DNA of 64,000 nt, taken from contig PFAZ01000007.1 of the NCBI GenBank assembly GCA_002773535.1, positions 4,675-68,674 on the forward strand. Reading direction: 5' to 3'. Numbering within the stretch: the first letter of the stretch is position 1; each line of letters begins with the position of its first letter. The notes beneath the pieces were generated by a model. That model had not been told where the DNA came from. It saw only the letters and a list, made by a program, of their open reading frames with translations, and searched no databases. The DNA comes from Candidatus Harrisonbacteria bacterium CG10_big_fil_rev_8_21_14_0_10_40_38. GTDB taxonomy: Bacteria > Patescibacteriota > Minisyncoccia > UBA6257 > 1-14-0-10-40-38. Position numbers and translations under genes: made by a program. Below are positions 57,766-64,000 of the stretch, piece after piece.

Positions 57766-58452
57766 TTAGTTATTAGTCGTCAATCGTTTGTCCTCCGTAA
57801 CCTGTCCGTCAAAAAGTGTGACTATTCTATCCGTCTGTTCGGCATAATCCAACTCGTGCGTAACCATAACTATTGTTTGTCCAGCTCTATGCAATTCATG
57901 AAATGCGTCTAAAATTGCCAGTGAAGTTTCGTGGTCAAGGTTTGCGGTCGGCTCATCCGCAAAAAGAATTTTTGGGTTGTGAGCAATAGCGCGCGCAATA
58001 CTCACTCTCTGTTGTTCTCCACCCGAAAGCTGATTTGGTAAATTATTTACTCGTGATGGCAAACCGACTCTATGCAATGCCTGCACCGCTTTTGTTTTAG
58101 CTTCATGTCTAGACATCCCCTGCATAAGAAGGGGAGCCATCACATTTTCAATAGCAGAAAGTTCCGGTACAAGCGCATAATCCTGAAAAACATATCCAAA
58201 CTCAGATAATCTCATCGCCGTCCTTTCCTGTTCAGTGAGCGAAGTTACATCAAATGAATCAATAAAAATCTTTCCCGATGTCGGTCGATCAAGAAGCCCA
58301 AGCTGATAAAGTAGGGTAGTTTTTCCAGATCCTGATCGCCCTATTATAGAAACAAACTCACCTTTTCTAACTTCAAAAGAAATGCCACGCAAAATAGTAA
58401 CGCGTGTGTCTCCGCTCTTAAATGATTTAATTATTTGTTCTGCTTTTATCAT
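57766..58452 (-). CDS. ABC transporter ATP-binding protein (MacB/LolD/FtsE-like)
   Basis: Walker A GRSGSGKTT, signature LSGGEQQRVSIARA, Walker B ILFADEPT. Confidence 0.85.
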   Translation of the reverse strand: MIKAEQIIKSFKSGDTRVTILRGISFEVRKGEFVSIIGRSGSGKTTLLYQLGLLDRPTSGKIFIDSFDVTSLTEQERTAMRLSEFGYVFQDYALVPELSAIENVMAPLLMQGMSRHEAKTKAVQALHRVGLPSRVNNLPNQLSGGEQQRVSIARAIAHNPKILFADEPTANLDHETSLAILDAFHELHRAGQTIVMVTHELDYAEQTDRIVTLFDGQVTEDKRLTTNN

Positions 58453-58470
58453 ATTCCTAGTATCTAGTGG

Positions 58471-59754
58471 CTATCTGTTGAGAATTGCATCCACGGTATT
58501 CTGTCTTGTAATAATCTTCGCAGGCAGAAAACCTGCAACAAGTGTTACCACGAGAAGAATTGCAATGCGTAATATTGTTGATCCAAGCGGCACCACAAGA
58601 ATTCCATCGCTAAATGGAAAATTTATTGGGTGAGCGCTGATATATGGTTCCAAAAACCCAAAAACAATAACCGACCCAATAAGTGTTCCAAAAAACACAT
58701 AAAAGAGCGCTTGAAGTACATAAGCGCATTCAATAGCCAGCGGGTTAATCCCAATTCCTTTAAGTATGCCGATGAACTTTCTTCTCGTAATAGCGTTTAT
58801 AAAAAAAATGATAAAGATAGTTATTGCCGCTACAAACACACCAATCGAACTGATCATGCTCCCGAGCAGGTTAAACGTCTTTTTTATATCCTGTAAAAAT
58901 TTTGGTTCAGCTTCAGTCTGCGTCTGTATTCTTGCGTAGTCTCCAAAACCTTGTGCAAGAAACGCATTTTTGATTGCAACCTGATCTGTTTCTGGTTCAA
59001 GTCGTATAGCAATCTCGTCAACGTTAAAATCATTTCTCCCTATCATGCTCCTAAACTGTTTTTCGGGGAAAAATATTCTCCTATCAAGTTCATCAACTTT
59101 GCTTTTGATAATTCCCTTTACAATCACCTCGCGTGTATTCCCAGCTACAGTTACTCTTATTTTCGATCCAACACCAACATCTTCAAGCGCAGGGAAGGCA
59201 GCAGAATCAAATTCAAGATACTGCCTCAAAAGAAGCGCGCCCACTAAAACCTGATCAAAATCATCAGGTTCAAGATAGCTTCCTTCTATAAGCAGCGATG
59301 AAAGCCCAGTTGCTTCGTCTTCTGCTATGGGGTCTATTCCGCTTATAAGTGTTCCTGCTTCTTCGCGCAGTTCACCGCTCTTTTTTGCTTTTTTGTAATT
59401 TGATTGCGCAACCCCACCCTCGACATATCTTGGCGCAACAACTCTCACAGAAGGAAGACTTTCTGCAAAGCTTATAATATTCGTACTCCTTTCGATATAC
59501 GGCTTGTCTTTCAGATTTGTTATAAAAATTTCCCCGATGTAATGCTCCTGCACAGCTCGAACAGCTCCTTGTATGAGACCCACAAGCACACCGCTTACAA
59601 CCACAAGGTTAAGAAATGTAAGAGTCATGATTGCGATAACAAGGATATTCATCCACAAACTGCTTCTTCTGACCTGTCTCACAGCAAGGAAAAAGCCCAC
59701 CCTTAGAGCGGCAAAGAAATTAGATATTCGATAAGAAAGTTTTTTGGCAGACAT
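58471..59754 (-). CDS. ABC transporter permease, FtsX/MacB/LolC family
   Basis: TM1, a large extracytoplasmic domain, then 3 C-terminal TM helices. Immediately upstream of the ATPase. Confidence 0.7.
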   Translation of the reverse strand: MSAKKLSYRISNFFAALRVGFFLAVRQVRRSSLWMNILVIAIMTLTFLNLVVVSGVLVGLIQGAVRAVQEHYIGEIFITNLKDKPYIERSTNIISFAESLPSVRVVAPRYVEGGVAQSNYKKAKKSGELREEAGTLISGIDPIAEDEATGLSSLLIEGSYLEPDDFDQVLVGALLLRQYLEFDSAAFPALEDVGVGSKIRVTVAGNTREVIVKGIIKSKVDELDRRIFFPEKQFRSMIGRNDFNVDEIAIRLEPETDQVAIKNAFLAQGFGDYARIQTQTEAEPKFLQDIKKTFNLLGSMISSIGVFVAAITIFIIFFINAITRRKFIGILKGIGINPLAIECAYVLQALFYVFFGTLIGSVIVFGFLEPYISAHPINFPFSDGILVVPLGSTILRIAILLVVTLVAGFLPAKIITRQNTVDAILNR

Positions 59755-59903
59755 AAATTACTTGAAGCCAAATAATAGCAAAAAAACCAATTTTTGTAAA
59801 GTCTCAATAAACTCTCTACATAAAAATCTAACTGTTGTATAATAGAATCCAATAAAAATATAAGAATTTTCGGTCGAAAAATAAGTAAAATAATCAAAAA
59901 ATT

Positions 59904-60728
59904 ATGAAAAAAATCTATCTAACGTCACTATTAGCAATTATGGTAATGTTTGCCGCAAGTCCGGCATCAGCACAAACAGCCACACAACAAAGTCAGATAA
60001 ACGCTCTTTTAGAGCAGTTAAAAACTCTTCAAGCGCAGATAACCTCTCTTAGAGCTCAACAGCAAACAGTAGTTCAACAAAAACAAGAAGTTGTAGCAGA
60101 GCTAAAACGAACATTGGGTATTGGCGATAGGGGAGACGATGTCAAAGTTCTCCAAGCCTTACTCGCAGCAGATCCCGAAGTTTATCCCGAAGCAATTATT
60201 TCAGGATATTTTGGTCCGCTAACAGACGCAGCGGTAAAAAGATATCAGAAAAAACACGGAATAGTTAGTTCCGGTTCTGCAGAAGCAACAGGTTGGGGTC
60301 GTCTTGGTCCAAGAACTCTCACCAAAGCCAAAGGAGACCTCGAAGATATGCCACTCGTCATAAAAGAAGACGACGATGATGAAGACGGAGACGGCGACAG
60401 GAGCGAAAAAAGAATTTGCGCAAAAGTTCCTCCGGGCCACCTTATCGCCCCAGGTTGGTTGAGGCATCACAATAATGAGAGGCCGATAGTTCCAGAGTGC
60501 CAAACCCTCCCACCAGGAATTGACAGGGTGATAAACAAATCACCATCTCCTTCCCCCACACCTACACCAACCGCAACACCTTCCGCAACTCCTACACCTT
60601 CCACCACGCCAACTCCTAGCCCAACTGCAACTCCATCTCCTTCCGCTACCCCAACCCCTACACCAACCGCTACCCCAACCCCAACCCCTACACCTTCAGA
60701 ATCTCCATCTCCGACACCAACTCCATAA
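59904..60728 (+). CDS. Secreted protein with peptidoglycan-binding (PG_binding_1-like) domain and Thr/Pro-rich C-terminal tail
   Basis: Signal peptide, a Q-rich coiled-coil, then GDRGDDVKVLQALLAADPEV...GYFGPLTDAAVKRYQKKHGI, ending in about 60 aa of (S/T)P repeats. Confidence 0.55.
   Translation: MKKIYLTSLLAIMVMFAASPASAQTATQQSQINALLEQLKTLQAQITSLRAQQQTVVQQKQEVVAELKRTLGIGDRGDDVKVLQALLAADPEVYPEAIISGYFGPLTDAAVKRYQKKHGIVSSGSAEATGWGRLGPRTLTKAKGDLEDMPLVIKEDDDDEDGDGDRSEKRICAKVPPGHLIAPGWLRHHNNERPIVPECQTLPPGIDRVINKSPSPSPTPTPTATPSATPTPSTTPTPSPTATPSPSATPTPTPTATPTPTPTPSESPSPTPTP
60540..60725 (+). repeat. Low-complexity TP/SP-encoding nucleotide repeat at the gene's 3' end
   Basis: ccaac(c/t)cctacacc-type units encoding PTPTPTATPSATPTPS.... 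Confidence 0.5.
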
Positions 60729-60747
60729 AGGGTTTAGGGTATAAAAA

Positions 60748-60789
60748 AACACCCCCTCTGCCAATCGGCGGATTGCGGGGTGTTTTTTA
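60748..60789. terminator. Bidirectional terminator between the convergent PG-binding gene and obg
   Basis: CACCCC...GGGGTG stem with an inner stem, then tttttt. Confidence 0.45.
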
Positions 60790-61773
60790 TTTAGCCTCTA
60801 CCGAGTTCACGGTAAATTTTTTCTCAATTTCATCTAGTACCTTACGCACATCATGCATTTCGTCAGGATCATAAATAGACACAGGAAATACTTTCTCTCC
60901 TTTTCCGGAAAAAGTTTTAAGTATTTTAGAAAGTCTCTCCTCGCTCACTGCATCCGACTTCGAAATCAAAATATATTCCGGTTTCGTTACCAAAAGTGGA
61001 TTATGTTTTTTAAGCTCATTTCTTATAGCCTCGTATTTTGCCATTGGGTCTTCATCAGTCGCTTCGATAAAATGAAACAATATTCTGGTTCTCTCAATGT
61101 GTCTTAAAAATTTTGTCCCAAGTCCTTTTCCTGAAGATGCCCCCTCAATAAGTCCGGGTATATCAGCAAGGATAAGCGTGTGATAAACCCCAAGATTTGG
61201 CTCAAGAGTAGTGAACGGATAGTTTGCAATCTTGCTTTGAGCATTTGTAACCTCATTTAAGAGACTCGATTTACCCGCATTTGGAAAACCCACAAACCCG
61301 ATATCCGCAATCAACTTAAGCTCGAGCTCAAGAGTTTTCTTTTCGCCATCTATGCCTTTTTCAAATTGTTTAGGAGATGTATTAGTAGATGATCGAAAAT
61401 GAAAATTTCCCCTTCCTCCCTTTCCGCCTTTCGCCACAAGGACTCTCTCGCCTGAAGCAATAAGTTCCGTAGTAGACCCAGATTCCTTTATATGGACAAC
61501 CGTTCCGCGGGGAACCTTGAGTACAAGATCTTCTCCACGCCTACCGTCCCTAAACGCAGACCTGCCATCCATACCATCTTCTGCGGAAAATTTTTTCTTT
61601 GATCTAAAGTGTCTCAAGGCTCCAATATCAGCCACAGCCTCCAAATATACATTCCCGCCATTTCCCCCAGAAGCTCCGGTTGGCCCAAGAGCCATTTTTA
61701 TATGATTAAAAGCAACGGCCCCATCGCCGCCATCACCTGCAGAAACATTAATCGTAACGTTATCTATTAACAT
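60787..61773 (-). CDS. obg: GTPase Obg/CgtA
   Basis: Gly-rich Obg fold (GDGGDGAVAF, GGNGGNV), G1 GFPNAGKSSLLN, G3 DIPGLIEGA. Confidence 0.85.
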   Translation of the reverse strand: MLIDNVTINVSAGDGGDGAVAFNHIKMALGPTGASGGNGGNVYLEAVADIGALRHFRSKKKFSAEDGMDGRSAFRDGRRGEDLVLKVPRGTVVHIKESGSTTELIASGERVLVAKGGKGGRGNFHFRSSTNTSPKQFEKGIDGEKKTLELELKLIADIGFVGFPNAGKSSLLNEVTNAQSKIANYPFTTLEPNLGVYHTLILADIPGLIEGASSGKGLGTKFLRHIERTRILFHFIEATDEDPMAKYEAIRNELKKHNPLLVTKPEYILISKSDAVSEERLSKILKTFSGKGEKVFPVSIYDPDEMHDVRKVLDEIEKKFTVNSVEAK

Positions 61774-61776
61774 AAT

Positions 61777-62262
61777 TTATATTTGAGGCTCTTCGTGCGG
61801 AGTCTCATACGAACGCTTTAAAAAGATTGCAGATACAAAGAGCGTGGTAGACGTTATCGCTGAGAAAAGACAATAAAGACACAACGCTGAAATCACAAAA
61901 ACCTGCAGATAGACAAAAAACAACGTAGCAACAAATCCTAAAATCGAAATCCCAAAAATCAATTTAAGAAGAAGCGCAGATTTTGTTTCTCGATAAAAAA
62001 TCAAAAACAGAAAAACAGTCAGATAAAAAACTGCCCCGATAAGCGCAAGCGGTATTCCCAAAAAGGGAGTCGCATACGGGCTGGTAAGCACAGTCTCGCA
62101 ACCATTAACAATCGTGCACGGCGGTATTGCCTGCAGAAAATGTTCAGCAGTTAAATAAGTTGCATCGCAAAACCCCAAGATTGCTGCAACGAAGAGAGCT
62201 ACAAGAGCTACCTTATGAGTTTTTTTCGATTTCGGAATTAATGAGTGCTCTAAATTCGTCAT
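61777..62262 (-). CDS. Vitamin K epoxide reductase (VKOR)-like membrane protein, candidate DsbB analogue
   Basis: Loop Cys pair (PPCTIVNGC) and a CxxC (CLYC) in the last TM helix. 50-nt overlap with the upstream DsbA-like gene. Confidence 0.6.
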   Translation of the reverse strand: MTNLEHSLIPKSKKTHKVALVALFVAAILGFCDATYLTAEHFLQAIPPCTIVNGCETVLTSPYATPFLGIPLALIGAVFYLTVFLFLIFYRETKSALLLKLIFGISILGFVATLFFVYLQVFVISALCLYCLFSAITSTTLFVSAIFLKRSYETPHEEPQI

Positions 62263-62943
62263 AGCTTCGTGGGTTTTGTATTTGCACTCCGTCCAAGAAA
62301 AATGTCGGCGTTCCGGGTATTCTCATGCTGTTTCCACTCTCCATATCTCTTCGTACCCGCGCCTTTACGTCACTTGAGTCGATGTCTTCAAGAAATTTTG
62401 CCTTATCAAGTCCAAGTTCCTCTGCATAAGAAGCAAATATTGTCTCCGCATCTCTTGAGTCCGACCAATCTCTCTGGTGCTCAAAAAGCATATCGTGCAT
62501 CTCCCAAAACTTTCCTTGTATCTCAGCCGCCTCCGATGCTCGAGCAGCAAGTTCCGCATTAGGGTGGATCTGCGCTAAAGGAAAATGTCTATATGCAAAA
62601 GTTATTTTATCTCCAAATTCATCGGTTATCTGGTGAACTAGTGGATAGTATGCTCCGCAGGCAGGGCACTGAAAGTCGCTGTATTCAACAAGCACGACAG
62701 GGGATTCCAAATTTCCTTTTGTGTGGTCATCGGCTACAACAGCGTCTACTAGTAGCGCAGTGCCGGAACCACTTCCTCCACCATCATATTTTGCTAATGC
62801 AAAAATCCCTCCACCTACAACTCCCAAAACCACAAGGGATATAAACGTGGTCTTAAAAGCTCTTTTCATCTGCATCGACTTGCGTGCTTTGTCTTTCTCT
62901 GCCTGCTTTTGTTCCTGTATTTGTTTGTATGTTTCTTGATCCA
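62213..62943 (-). CDS. DsbA-family thiol:disulfide oxidoreductase with N-terminal membrane anchor
   Basis: Thioredoxin-fold CxxC in DFQCPACGAY. Start trimmed to MDQETYK. Confidence 0.7.
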
Positions 62944-63002
62944 TAAAATTATTTACCAAAAGAATACAAGAAAAAACCAAAAAAAGCAACCAGCCAAAAA
63001 AC

Positions 63003-63377
63003 TTAACCTTTCTTCGTCACAGATTTTTTAAGAAAGTATAAAGTCGCTCCATAAGTTACGATTGCCGATAAAAACGCATACCCTAAAGCAATCGGGGCAA
63101 TTCTAAACAATCCGCCCCAAAAAACATTACTACTAAAAAGTAAAGCAAAAAAAATAGTACCAAACTGTAATAATAGATTCAAAAAAAATATCCATATAGC
63201 AGCTTTTAACGAAATTTTATTAAATTTTTCGGAAGATATCATTGCACGCTTCCTTGCGTAGCTTACACCGAGAAAAGCTCCTAATACATAAAATACCAAT
63301 GGCAATACAAAAATAAATACCGAATTTATAAAACCAGGGTAATGCAACAAATCTTTTCCAGGCAAAAAATCATACAA
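63003..63377 (-). CDS. Hypothetical membrane protein
   Basis: 4 hydrophobic helices. Confidence 0.3.
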   Translation of the reverse strand: MYDFLPGKDLLHYPGFINSVFIFVLPLVFYVLGAFLGVSYARKRAMISSEKFNKISLKAAIWIFFLNLLLQFGTIFFALLFSSNVFWGGLFRIAPIALGYAFLSAIVTYGATLYFLKKSVTKKG

Positions 63378-63521
63378 AAACGAAACAATAATCGTCGTCG
63401 CAGCAATAGTTGATGAAATCCAAAACTCACTCTTGGGCTTAGATTAATGTTTGTGACTTTAAATTTTGATCCATGAATTTTCAAATTAAACTTTACCCGA
63501 CTTATCAATAATAAATTTTTT

Positions 63522-64000
63522 TCAATTAAGCATCCATATAGAATAGTTGAGATACGCCGCGAAAGTTACCCACAAAAGATAGGGGATTAACAACGATGAA
63601 GCCGCTCTCGAAATCCGATAAAAGTTCACGACTACATATACTATAGAAATCCAAAGCGCGACAATCACAAAAAATCCCAAAACAGGCGACTCGAGTCCAA
63701 AAAACGCATAAGACCAAAATATATTCAAAATATATTGAACGAGAAATACAGATACAGCATTCATTTTTTGAAGATCGCCGCTCCACAATCTTTCAGACAC
63801 GGGGTTCCACGCCTTCTTTCGACTCTGAAAAATTCGTTTAGAAACTTTCCATTTTTTTTCGGACACAATAAAAAGCGAAACACCCATCAAAAAAAAGAGT
63901 GTAGTCCACACAGGACCAAACACCCACGAAGGGGGATTGAGTGAGGGCTTTACCAAGACCGTATACCAAGTAGTAACAGAGGATGCGGTAAATACAGAAC
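63522..64000 (-). CDS. TspO/MBR family (tryptophan-rich sensory protein), N-terminus beyond window end
   Basis: KPSLNPPSWVFGPVWT, WSYAFF and LLWVTFAAYLN. The frame stays open to position 64000 (upstream ...TTWYTVLVKPS). Confidence 0.7.
   Translation of the reverse strand, partial: SVFTASSVTTWYTVLVKPSLNPPSWVFGPVWTTLFFLMGVSLFIVSEKKWKVSKRIFQSRKKAWNPVSERLWSGDLQKMNAVSVFLVQYILNIFWSYAFFGLESPVLGFFVIVALWISIVYVVVNFYRISRAASSLLIPYLLWVTFAAYLNYSIWMLN

Overview
The window is a low-GC (roughly mid-30s % by eye), densely packed bacterial chromosomal segment with short intergenic regions and few Shine-Dalgarno motifs. The gene content, a standalone divergent 16S rRNA gene and a compact type IV pilus locus fit a small-genome lineage such as CPR/Patescibacteria, but that placement is inference only. 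Main contents in order: the 3' part of a Leu/Val dehydrogenase gene; a three-gene cassette of PaaK/F390-synthetase-like adenylating enzyme, ThiF/E1-like protein and double-length nitroreductase-like protein (795-4571); a sensor histidine kinase whose last ~96 bp recur as a pseudogene fragment 1.2 kb downstream, flanking a compositionally distinct two-gene insert (6160-7550); a 1084-aa secreted M23 peptidase fused to four ~200-aa beta-helix-like repeats; rpmE; a standalone 16S rRNA gene with its own consensus promoter and terminator, a ~80-nt expansion insertion and an apparently missing anti-SD; an orphan response regulator; a repeat-rich intergenic region; a type IV pilus locus (pilin, PilB, PilC, minor pilins, a Trp-repeat secreted protein, PilM/N-like); housekeeping genes (pth, lepB, hisS, HIT, rpsU, yqeY, ybeY, ftsA, ftsZ); a P-type ATPase; tgt, nth, gpsA, NDH-2, MscS; a cation:proton antiporter split by a frameshift in an A7 tract; ABC transporter components; obg; a DsbA-VKOR pair; and a partial TspO gene. 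No CRISPR arrays, tRNAs or clear transposases were found.
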